Below, in pieces: positions 42,174 through 53,313 of a stretch of 64,000 bases of DNA. The stretch's first letter is position 1. Every line of letters starts with the position of its first letter. The notes under the pieces are model-generated. The model was not told the origin of the DNA and ran no database searches. It saw only the letters and a list, made by a program, of their open reading frames with translations. Both the position numbers and the translations under genes were made by a program. Source of the DNA: Octopus sinensis (lineage: Eukaryota); NCBI RefSeq assembly GCF_006345805.1, contig NC_043000.1, positions 37,820,001 through 37,884,000 of the forward strand. The letters are read 5' to 3'.

Positions 42174-42500
42174 GGTCTTGATTTATCTTCTAAATTGGAT
42201 TCACTCTCTCATCGCCATCGTCTGGCTTCCTTGTCTCTTTTCTATAAGTATTTCCATGGACATTCTTCAGCTGAGCTATTTTCTCTGGTTCCTCCTTTAA
42301 GAACTTACCAGCGATCAACTAGACTTGAATCCAGTTCCCATCAATATACTGTGAAACCTCCTAAGTGTAGAAAAACACTTGACAGGACCAGTTTCTTCCC
42401 TCGCAACTCTAAACTTTGAAATTCCCTTCCACAGTCTTGTTTCCCCTCTTCAATATGACCTCCTCCAGTCCTTTAAGTCTAATGTACATCGTTACCTATT
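42174..42500 (+). mobile_element. CR1-group LINE 3' end
   Basis: LDSLSHRHRLASLSLFYKYFHG...SFFPRNSKLxNSLP. Confidence 0.75.
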
Positions 42501-42761
42501 CACTTCTGTCTAGCGTCCATTTTATTCTCGCAGCTTTTACGTTTCCACTGGTCTAAGGACCTTGTAACGAGCGAATGCTGTGAAGGAAAGGTAAGAGAAG
42601 GGAAAAGAATTGATATGAAATAACCGTTGTTGTTGTCGTCTATGTTTCCCAGTCGTAAACGCTAGAATAAATGCGATTCCTTTCCTCTGCGCAACCGTTA
42701 ATCAAGACAGGTTTTTTTACTTACCATTTCCCCCCTCTTTCCATCTCTTTTCTCTCATTCC

Positions 42762-42795
42762 TTTCTGTAGAAGAGCGTAGGCTCGAAACGTCAAA
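42762..42795 (+). ncRNA. Minimal hammerhead-like motif, A6U core variant
   Basis: UUU-CUGUAGA-A-GAGC(GUAG)GCUC-GAAA-C-GUC^AAA. Confidence 0.5.
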
Positions 42796-43451
42796 CACTC
42801 CTCCGTTTTTCCTGAGTGTCAAACTAATGCACCCTGTTTGTTGTGTCTTCCCCTGCCTCAGTCTTTTTCTATTCAATTATAAATAATGCGTGTGCGCATT
42901 TTTATATATTCAAGTTTGGCTCTACGCAAGTAATAGCTGAGAACAATTTAACATTAAACTGATTAATTACTCGATGTTCATTTAAGTAGATTACACTCTG
43001 ATGAAGGCGAGCAAGTAATAACTTCGAAGTCAAAGTCAACTTCTCCTCATAAAATTCATGTGTGTGCGCGTGCGTTTGTCTATCTATAAATGTGTCTATC
43101 TGCCTCGTTATATACATATATATATATAGATGTTACAAACGCACACATACACACATATGCACAATAAATGAACGTGTATATGCACATATATTACATGTAT
43201 AATATAGACACACATACATATGTATTACGTATGCATGCATGTATGGTGCGCGTGAGTGCGTGTTAAATGACTTCTGGTATATATATTTTCATGTTCTTAT
43301 TCATCAGATTATCTATATGAATATAATATTCTACGCTTCCGCAGGGACTGTACGTTTTGGAATTGAATCTACGATTTCAATATCCAAATGAAAAAGGAGG
43401 CTGGGTGGGGTGTGAGGAAACAAAAGCAAAAAGAAAGAGAAAATTCTTTTA

Positions 43452-43486
<35 letters not shown>

Positions 43487-43893
43487 CAACAACAACAACA
43501 ACAGCGGCAGCAGCAGCAGTAACGATGATACACTGGTTATGTTGAAATGATATGGTAATATTGAAATCCCGGACAAAAGTCGATGATAATGGGAAATGTT
43601 CAGATGTAATGATAATTGTTAGCGTGACACGCCAACCTTGACCAACACGGGACAACTGGTGTCAAAAACAATACATTATGTGATATTAACTTGAGTAGAT
43701 TGCTTGTCTTTGCTGTTGACTCCATCATGCAGGAGGCTCCTTGCTTGCATGTTGGCCGGGTTAAAGCCTCACTGCACCGACCGTGCCCTGCAGCTCGCTC
43801 TAACAGACTGCCGTTACATAAACACATGGCTTTATACACTCACAACACTACACGCACATGCACGCGCCAGCACGCACATGCACGGGCGTACAA

Positions 43894-43933
<40 letters not shown>

Positions 43934-44312
43934 AAACACATATGTATATGTGTGTCTATAGATGTACATGTTTGTATGTGAGGCGCGATCGTACGGTCGC
44001 CTGTTCGATTCCCAGCAGCGCGTCATGTCCTTAAGTAAAGCACTCTCTTTCACGTTGCACCGATCTGCTAAAACGAGTATTTTAAAGGGCCAGCCTTGTT
44101 AACTGAGAACTGCGTTAAGAGTATGCAGGTCTGTGGAGTACCCAGCCACTTGCATGTTAATTTCACGAAATCTCCCATATTTTACATGGCCAGAAGTATG
44201 GTGTTAATAATACACATGAAGTATTGAATCGCTCGTGTGTGTATGTGTGTGTGTGTATATATAAGTTACTGCTCTCTCTGAGAGATTTAGAAATGTAATA
44301 TATATATATATA

Positions 44313-44725
44313 GGCGCAGGAGTGGCTGTGTGGTAAGTAGCTTGTCTACCAACCACATGGTTCCGGGTTCAGTCCCACTGCGTGGCACCTTGGGAAAGTG
44401 TCTTCTACTATAGCCTCGGGCCGACCAAAGCCTTGTGAGTGGATTTGGTAGATGGAAACTGAAAGAAGCCCGTCGTATATATGTATATATATGTATATGC
44501 GTGTGTGTGTTTGTGTGTCTGTGTTTGTCCCCTAGCATTGCTTGACAACCGATGCTGGTGTGTTCATGTCCCCGTTACTTAGCGGTTCGGCAAAACAGCC
44601 CGATAGAATAAATACTGGGCTTACAAAAGAATAAGTCCCGGGGTCGAGTTGCTCGATTAAAGGCGGTGCTCCAGCATGGCCGCAGTCAAATGACTGAAAC
44701 AAGTAAAAGAGTAAAAGAGTAAAAG
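44313..44725 (+). mobile_element. Full-length tRNA-derived SINE family B with internal (TA/TG)n
   Basis: ggcgcaggagtggctgtgtggtaag..gggttcagtccc..gccttgtgagtggatttgg..(microsatellite)..gtcaaatgactgaaacaagtaaaagagt. Related copies at 6820-7010, 15368-15550, 39320-39670, 56205-56810 and 63207-63340. Confidence 0.85.
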
Positions 44726-44790
44726 ATATATATATATATATATATGGAGACAGATACATTGAATGATGCATTGAATGATAGATAGATAGG

Positions 44791-44845
<55 letters not shown>

Positions 44846-45959
44846 ATAGAAAGAGCCCATTCCCGTGGGGTTTTCTGACAAAGAACTAAGTATCCTTCAA
44901 TTATTTTTGAGGTCAGTGACTTGAGTTCGAATTACTCCATGAGTCATTTGACATCAAACTCACCATGATCTACAAATTCCACCACTCCTTAATCAATCTT
45001 CTCTAAATTTATACTCTTTCCGTCACAAAGCAAAATACCAAACCAAAGCATTATATTCATTGCTTGTTTATTTTATTTTATTTTTTGGGGGGTGCCATTT
45101 TCCTTTCCTTTGCATCAGAGTGGAAAGGCTTCACGCCATGCATTCCCTGAAATCAACATCAATATTTGCTTTACATTGTTTAAATAACTTCCATTGAAAT
45201 GTAGTGCGGTATTAACTGTACCATATGGATTCCTCTGACAATAGGCCGTCACTAGATAGTTTCAATAGGAATCAACGATTTTTGTATTTCCTTCTATGAG
45301 ATGAATAGTTTGCAGTGACCGTGAAATTCCTTTGATTATTAGCTGTAACTATTATTGTTACAATATTTTACAATTGCATTTCATTGTTTATTGTTCTCAA
45401 ATAGTTTAAGAATCAACTATATTGTAATATTCAAATATTATAACCATTCGTCAGAGTGCTTGATTTCCCACTAATGTTTAAGGCTCGTACAAATGTACCA
45501 ACCAGCTTCTCGGTTCAGACACCCACCGCGCAGCTGAAGTAGAAACAAAGGAGTACTGCTACTGGCCAATTCGAAAGAGAAACACATTACCAGACGATAT
45601 TTCAGCGTTCGTATTCCTGACATCAGTGTTGTGTCGTGTATGTAACAAATACACCAACTCGTAAATATCTCAAGCTCTTTAACAGAAAGCATCGCATACA
45701 TCGCATAATGATAAATAGTAGAAGCACTACAAAATTGATGGGTGCTTTTTTTTTTTGAGACTGTCATGCACCGATTTTATAAGAAAGAACTTATCTATTG
45801 GTTGTGTAGATTACAAGAAAGCTGGTTCTTGAGGCCCATGAGAAGATAAACTGCATTTTAAAAAAATTATGAAAGCGTTGGAAATAAAGCTAAAATGCGG
45901 AAATGAACCGTTTAGAAACATGAAAATACACAAGGTATATTTTCATGGGAATGTCTCGC

Positions 45960-47370
45960 GCATTGGTGTTAGTGGATGATTGGAACGCCATATTGGATGC
46001 CCGTCTTGATCATGTAGGGAGGATAAGTGAGGGTGAAAAGGTTTCGCAAAACTGTTCAGTAATTTTTAACTGATAGACAGGTTCCGGCTGGATTTTCCGA
46101 ATGTACCTAGGTGGACGTAGGCAATCAGCATCAGGCCATCCAGATCGTATCTAAATAGATTCTTCTGTAGGCTTACAGACAGGGATAGTATAGCTTGTCC
46201 ACAGTTTAAAGTAGTCGGCTACACAGACCACAAATTTGTGATCTGTGGAGTTGACTTAGGCTCCATGGGCAGGCGTCGGATATTAGGAGCAGAACGAGTC
46301 TTTCCCGGTTTGTCAAGATGTTAGAGACCGAGTTAACAAGTTAGTCCATCGAACGTTGACGGGTGCAATCGTCTGCAACAACGGCTGGTAGCCGCCGCGA
46401 AATGGGCTTTTAGAATAGAGGCCTTGAGGATTCGTCAAGAAATAGAAATAAAGAAGTCAAGAGTAGAAACGTATTTAAGAAGCTGGACGAATCATTTAAA
46501 AAAGCGAGAACGACCGACGTCATGGTTCTTTACCAATTCCTCAAATTCGTTGTTTGAGCCAGGGCGCGTGCTCTAAGATATTAGGGAACAAAAGCGCAAC
46601 GTGGCAACCATGTTACAATTCGGCTTTTGATAGTCTGGACCTGGTGCTTGTCTCTCGAATCCAAGCAGGTGAAATTGGAATTTCGGCGAACACTGTTGAG
46701 CTGTACGCGGCGTGCAGTGAGTCGGTGGATTTCACCTTCGGCCAGGTACTCACAGTAGCTGCATAAGGAAGACGCCTCTGGAGCTGAATGTCTTGCCCTT
46801 TGAACTATACTTTCATATGTCAGACTTGTTCGGTGACTTCTTGGCAAATGTCTACTGCAACTGACATCAGAATGGGAGATCTTCCAGTCCTTCGGTAGCC
46901 CTTGAGTCGGGGTGAGGTAGTGCTGCTGAGAGTGGACCCGAACACGAGAAACCATCTGGATAATTTTAGGCCTGTGACTCTACTAAACGCTGACTAAAGG
47001 ATTTTGATCGAGGTGTTAGCCAAGAGTTTGGCCCTTGTCGTTGATGGACTGGCCCGTGATACGCTGACATGTGATATCCCAAATAGATTAATCCATGACA
47101 GTCTCCATCTCATGTGTTACATCATATAGAGGGTTGGCAAGAAACGTGGGGCCCTAATAAATTTGAATCAATCGAAAGCTTTCTATAGGGTTGACTATCA
47201 ATATTTGAGGCTGTTCTAGCGGTGGTTGGTTTCGGTCTTGCAATGTACAGCAACATCTGTTCGGTGGTCTGAGTAAATGGTTACCTATCGGAGTTGTTTA
47301 GTAACATTCAGTCCGTCAAGAGTGCACAATCTCACACTTCCTCTACGACCTGGCTCTCGAGCCGTTGCTA
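45960..47370 (+). mobile_element. Degraded Tx1/L1-clade LINE ORF2 (APE endonuclease end and RT start)
   Basis: DDWNAILDARLDH, SRSYLNRFF..GYTDHKFV, RPVTLLNAD, ALINLNQSKAFYRVDY. Confidence 0.8.
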
Positions 47371-47635
47371 CGAGATGTTAATGTGTATCATACTTAAATA
47401 TTACAATACTACTGACAAAACACTGCTATATAAACATTATAACACAATAGAGGAGTTATCATTATATAACATTGATATCACTGCATAAATATCATAAGAC
47501 TACAGCTAAGACATTGATATATAATTATTGAGACACAACAGACGAGATATTGTATAAAAATTAAGACACTACAAGCAAGACACTGTTATAGAAATATTAA
47601 AACACGACAGACAAGTCAACGCTGTATGAGATATA

Positions 47636-47889
47636 AATAAAATAAATGCGCCCTTTCAAAGCCTAGCCAGGCTCATGGACCCGGATTCCCAGTTTCAATG
47701 GCGTATGTGTTCCCCAGCTGGACGGGACTCCAGTCCATTGCAGCGTTACTCATTTTTGTCAGCTGAGTGGACTGGAGCAACGTGAAAGTGTTTTGTTCAA
47801 GAACACTACGCGTCGCCCGGTCCAGGAATCGAAACCACAATCTTACGATCATAGTGCTGATACTCTAGCCATTAAGCCACACGCCTCCA
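47636..47889 (-). mobile_element. tRNA-derived SINE with intact TSD
   Basis: 14-bp TSD ctgtatgagatata (47622-47635 / 47890-47903), tRNA-like head and AT-rich tail. Confidence 0.85.
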
Positions 47890-48235
47890 CTGTATGAGAT
47901 ATAGCAAAGATTTGCTAACGAGCTATTTGTGGCGACAAAAATACAAACAGTGATGTTGTTTGTGGGATAAAACATCAATTTTAATGAATGGAAAAATCCT
48001 TCGATATTGTAACGTACATTATGTGTCAACACTAACAGTTTACAGTTCTATATTTAAGAGATGAGGAATTATGTACATTATTTACATTATTTACCTTCGA
48101 CGGATATCTGTCCTCATCTTGTTTGTTGTTAACATGCCCACGGGCATATGGTGTAGTGGTTAAGAGCGCGGGCTATTACCACCAAGATTTCGAGTTTGAT
48201 TCCAAGCAGTGACCTAAACAATAACATTAATAATG

Positions 48236-48279
<44 letters not shown>

Positions 48280-48315
48280 TAATAATAATAATAATAATGA
48301 TAATAATAATAATAA

Positions 48316-49225
48316 TGGCTAATGGCCTCTGGCTTAAAATCTGAAACAGAGGGGTTATCATAGCAGCTCAAGATCAATGCCTACCAACAAGAAACTACCA
48401 GGCCAACATATTAAAGATCAGAAGCAGTCCAACGTGTCGTGTATGCAAGCAACAAAATGAAACCATTGACCATGTGGTCTCCAAGTGCAGTCTTCTAGCG
48501 CCTACAGAATATCTCAACAGGCACGATAGAGCTGCACAATATATTCACTGAGTAATCTGTAAAAACCTGGATTTGCCCCATGAAAAAAAACTGGTGGGAA
48601 CACAAACCACCCCCAGTGCTTGAAAATGACCATATCTCACTCATCTGGAACTTCGCCATTCAAACTGACAGAAAGATAGATGCAAATAGGCCAGACATCA
48701 TATTGAAAGACTTCAAACAAAGAACATGCCTCCTCATTGATATGACTGTCCCAATCGATATAAACGTATCTGTCAAGACCTACCAAAAACTGAGCAAATA
48801 TAAAGATCTTGAAATAGAAATCAGCAAAATGTGGAAGCTGAAGACTAAAACAATACCTGTTGTCATAGGTGCCCTGGGAATGATAGCAAAAGGGGCAGAT
48901 AGCTACCTAACTCAGATACCAGAAACCCAAAAATGGCAGAAATTCAAAAGATAGTGCTCATGGGAACTGCTCATATCCTACGCAAAATACTTTCTATGTA
49001 ATCTCAAGGTTTAAAACAAACATAATTTTCGGTTTAAAAAAAAAAAAAAAATAAATAAAATAAAAAAAAATTTTTTTTTAGACATTCATTAGTACAACAC
49101 CCCAGCCCCCAAATATATGGCACACTAGGCATAACAACATGAACTTCCAACCCTGTTGTCTCTTGAGGTCTCTGGGTGAGACTTGGAGCCAACTTGTACA
49201 AATATAAAGCAAAAGTCAAACATAG
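48316..49225 (+). mobile_element. 5'-truncated R4/Dong-type non-LTR retrotransposon (CCHC + restriction-like endonuclease)
   Basis: WLMASGLKSETEG, AAQDQCLPT, CRVCKQQNETIDHVVSKC, RPDIIL..LLIDMTVP..KLSKYKDL..IPVVIGALG. Flanked on both sides by (AAT)n. Confidence 0.9.
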
Positions 49226-49244
49226 AATAATAATAATAATAATG

Positions 49245-49325
<81 letters not shown>

Positions 49326-49380
49326 CAACAACATCGAAAAATACCTTAGGAATGAGAACACAGGTTCGAAATTTCTCCAA

Positions 49381-49426
49381 GACACCTGAAGAAGGCTGGA
49401 GGGTATATCAGCCGAAACGTTGTGTT
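49381..49426 (+). ncRNA. Minimal type I hammerhead ribozyme, canonical core
   Basis: GACAC-CUGAAGA-A-GGCUG(loop)CAGCC-GAAA-C-GUU^GUGUU: 5-bp stem I (one GU), 5-6-bp stem II, palindromic AACGUU stem III. Confidence 0.75.
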
Positions 49427-49650
49427 AACAACAAACTAGATGAGGACAAATATCCGTCGAATGTAAATAATGTAAATAATCTACTAACAGTTTATATATA
49501 TATATTTATTAATTATTTTTCGTAAACTCTGTCATGATACATCTAAACAATTTGAGCTGAAGAAACTGGACAATAAACGAAATATATATTGTAATCTACA
49601 GACACTTGTCCAATCCCAGACAAAATCCCCTGTGTCCCCATCGACCTCAC

Positions 49651-49872
49651 CGCAAAATCCATACCTGAACTCAAATTACATCCATCGCAAATAGATGCAG
49701 CTTCTTTTATTTTTAATCGCTTTTTCCTTCGAACGCTCATACGTGGAAATCGACGGGAGTGACCGTTATCCTTTATTTTTAATTTTTCTAACGAATTGCC
49801 AGACACATTGGATAGTTTCCAGTCACGAAAAGCCGAAAAGCTATGAAAAAACGTGAAAACATCGTCGGCCAT
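49651..49872 (-). CDS. PRDM8: Prdm8-like, putative coding exon 1 (74 aa, MADDVFTFF...RRKKRLKIK...CNLSSGMDFA)
   Basis: ATG-initiated ORF in unique CpG-rich DNA. Phase-0 donor GCG|GTGAGG at 49651/49650 joins the phase-0 acceptor at 26077, giving NLSSGMDFA-VSQSEKMGVITLSDIDYGQIFGP, which fits the start of a PR domain. The intron spans an N gap, so extra exons cannot be excluded. Confidence 0.68.
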
Positions 49873-50060
49873 AAAACGACGTCTTGCGCATGCTCATAAT
49901 CGTGTCAGTGACATATGGCCGGGCGCCATTGTATTCTCTACAACTTCGACGTAATTACAAACGCTTTAAAGTGCTATTATAAAACCATCAATGAATGCTG
50001 ACCGGGTCGCGTGCTTGCTTGGCTGAAAGCTGTTGTGATATAAAAGTCACTTCAAGTGAT
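49873..50060 (-). promoter_or_regulatory. Candidate Prdm8 promoter / 5' leader, CpG-rich unique DNA
   Basis: CpG-dense, repeat-free segment directly upstream of the ATG, with an NRF1-like TGCGCATGC (49885-49893), GACGTC and several upstream ATGs. TSS not identifiable. Confidence 0.4.
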
Positions 50061-50639
50061 GTTGATGCAAGACTTGCCCCAGCCACTCAACACTCCTCTC
50101 TCTCACTCTCTCTCTCCCTCTCTCTCTCTCCCTCTCTCTCTCTCACTTTCTTTCCCCCCTCTTTCTTTCTCAACATTATACTCACCACCACCACCACCAC
50201 TACCACCACCGCCACCTCCGGTGTATATCTCACCTCTCCAGTTAGTTTCATTCTTCTAAATCGAAAGCCTTACAGTTCCAATCGTAACTCCTTTCACGGT
50301 TTCCATATTGAGTACAGCTGCTTGTCACAAAACAGCCTCCACACTTCCCCACTCATTTTCTCCTCCCCCCTCTCTATCTCTGTCTCGCCACACACGCACA
50401 CACGCACACACACACACACACATACACTCACACACATATATACGTTCATATATATATGTGTGTATGTGTATATATATAGATATTTATACGTGTGTGTGTG
50501 CATGTATATATGTGAACACATTTCTCTCACTATATACGTAATTAATAATGATGAGAAGTGATAATATATATGTATGTACATATGTGTGTGTATACATATG
50601 TGTCTGTGTATACACACACAGACACTCACACACATACAT

Positions 50640-50676
<37 letters not shown>

Positions 50677-50758
50677 CATACATTCAAACATATCTATATG
50701 CATATATGCATGTATACAAACGTATATGTACATACATTAATATATATATATATATATA

Positions 50759-50803
<45 letters not shown>

Positions 50804-51249
50804 ATATATATATATACACACACAAACAAATACACACGCACATGCATATATGGATGTATATGCGTATATGTGTGTTTGTGTATGTGTGTGTCTGTGTGTG
50901 TGTGTGTGTATTCAGATACATGTCTTTCCACATATTCACGTACATTGTGGAAAGACATGTATCTGAATACACACACACGCACAGACACACACATATACAA
51001 ACACACATATACGCATATATATCCATATATGCATGTGTGTGTGTATTTGTTTGTGTATATATATTTATATATATAGGTATATATATATATATATATATTA
51101 ATGTAAGTATGTACATATACGTTTGTATACATGCATATATGCATATAGATATAATATACTCCTCAGCCAGTCCAAAGCATCACGCCGCTACCACCAGCAC
51201 TACCACCAGCACCACGACCAGCACCACCGGCACCACCACCACAAACAAT

Positions 51250-51361
51250 AACAACAACCTGCACTGTTTCCTTACTCTCCCTCCCTCTCTTCCCTTCTTT
51301 ATACATCTTCTCCCTCCTCCTCTCCCTCCTCCTCTTCCCCTCATCCCTCCACCACCTCTAT

Positions 51362-51393
<32 letters not shown>

Positions 51394-52320
51394 TATACTT
51401 AACCCTCGTTCTTCACCCAAGTCTACTTAATATAAACTCAACAACTTTTTCAGACTTCTCCATCTTTTCAAATTACCCCAAAACCCATTTTTCTTTCCTT
51501 TCTCTTCCCCACTCACTCTTTCTATTCCTTTTCTTTGTTTTTTTTTCTTCCCTTCTTCTCTGTCTGTCCTTCTCGCTTTCCTTTTTCACTTTCGTTTCTT
51601 TCTTCTTTTCTTCCTTCATATTTCTTCACCATTTTTCTTTCCTTTCTTTCCTTATTTCATTCTATTTTTATTTTATCTCTTCTGCGATTATCCTCATTTT
51701 TACTGTAGCCGACGCCACCGACGCCGCCACCGACGCCACCACCATGGTCATCGTCATCGTCATCCTCATCACCACCTCCTCCTAGTCCTCCTCCTAGTCC
51801 TCCTCCTCTTCCTCCTCCTCCTCCACTTGTTATTGTTATTGTTGTTGTTGTTTTGTTGTTCTGTTCTTCTTCTTGTTCTTGTTCTTCTTCTTCTTTTTCT
51901 TCTTCTTTTCTTCTTCTTCTTCTTCTTCTTCTTCTCTTCTTCTTCTTCTTCTTCTTCTTCTTCTTCTTCCACTTCTTCCACGCTTCGTTCACCTTCTTCC
52001 CCTCTATCCCACCATTTACTCTCCCTCTCTCCTCTCCTCTTTCCGACCACAATTTCCTATTTCTCTTCCTCTCCCCTCATATCTCTTCCTCTCACTTCTC
52101 CTCATCCTCCTCTCCCTTTTAATCATTTTCCTATATTTTTCATTTTCCTCCCCCTCCCCCTGTCCTTTACCCCCTCACTTCTCGTCCCTCATCATTTCCC
52201 ACTACTCTTTACCCCATCCGCCTCCTTCTCCACCGCTTCCTTCTACCACCACTCTTTCCTCTCATTTACACTTCGACACCGCTCAAAGCGGGTGCTCCCT
52301 CCCTCCCTCCCTCCTCCACT
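51250..52320 (+). repeat. About 1.1-kb polypyrimidine tract with (CTT)n, (CCT)n and (GTT)n blocks
   Basis: Direct reading of the sequence. Confidence 0.85.
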
Positions 52321-52741
52321 ACGTCGTCAACAGATCGATTTGCTAAACATAGCAGTCAAAGTCTCTCTCAAACCACACAGCGAAAGGCGTACATACTGCA
52401 CTGCGATGGCCATCGTAGGTCGGCCGTATCAAACATCATCACCTGAAATAAACAACAACAACCCCTTCACTCCCAACTCACTCCCCTACCCTACATTGGA
52501 ATCTGTCTTCACTTAATGACCCCAAAATTACGAATCAACTAAACTTTAATTATTCAAAACTAGGAGCTTGATGCCGATGTTGTTGCTGTTGTTGGTGCGG
52601 TTGTTGTTGTTCTTTTTCTTCTTTACTTACTTACACTTCATTTCTCTCTCTCTTTCTCTCTCTCACATCTCTCTCTCTCTCTCTCACTACCTATCTCTAA
52701 CTCTGTGTATTAGGCTCTCTACCTGTCTATCTTTCTGTGTA

Positions 52742-52787
<46 letters not shown>

Positions 52788-52792
52788 TATAT

Positions 52793-53124
52793 CAACGGAA
52801 CAGCCTGCTCGTGAAATTAACGTGTAAGTGGCTGAGTACTCCACAGACACGTGTACACTTAACGTAGTTCTCGGGGATATTCAGCGTGACACAGAGAGTG
52901 ACAAGGCCGGCCCTTTGAAATACAGGTACAACAGAAACAGGAAGTAAGAGTGAGAGAAAGTTGTAGTGAAAGAGTACAGCAGGGATCACCACCATCCCCT
53001 GCCGGAGTATCGTGGCGCTTTAGGTGTTTTCGCTCAATAAACACTCACAACGCCCGGTCTGGGAATCGAAACCGCGATCTTATGACTGCGAGTCCGCTGC
53101 CCTAACCACTGGGCCATTGCGCAT
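52793..53124 (-). mobile_element. SINE family C
   Basis: Colinear reverse complement of 17869-18225. Confidence 0.85.
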
Positions 53125-53165
53125 CCACTATACATATATATATACGCATATATATAGACACACAC

Positions 53166-53244
<79 letters not shown>

Positions 53245-53270
53245 GATATACATATCTATATATATATATA

Positions 53271-53313
<43 letters not shown>

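Larger units (their letters stand above)
48043..49482 (+). mobile_element. Composite tRNA-headed, hammerhead-bearing non-autonomous element (about 530 bp without the Dong insert)
   Basis: 12-bp TSD ACTAACAGTTTA (48031-48042 / 49483-49494). Inverted 3' segment 48043-48134; A box TGGTGTAGTGG 48149-48159; B box GTTTGATTCC 48194-48203; HHR at 49381-49426. Confidence 0.75.

Noticed and set aside
48135-48217. Functional tRNA genes (this and other A/B-box heads)
   Set aside because: No complete cloverleaf, and each continues into a SINE body.
49659-49665. CAG|GTATGG as the main exon-1 donor
   Set aside because: It is phase 1 and would frameshift exon 2. The GCG|GTGAGG donor 14 nt further on keeps frame and completes the PR start. 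Minor unproductive use is not excluded.
49995-52516. Long plus-strand ORFs (188, 284 and 229 aa)
   Set aside because: Low-complexity CT and microsatellite sequence that lacks stops for compositional reasons.
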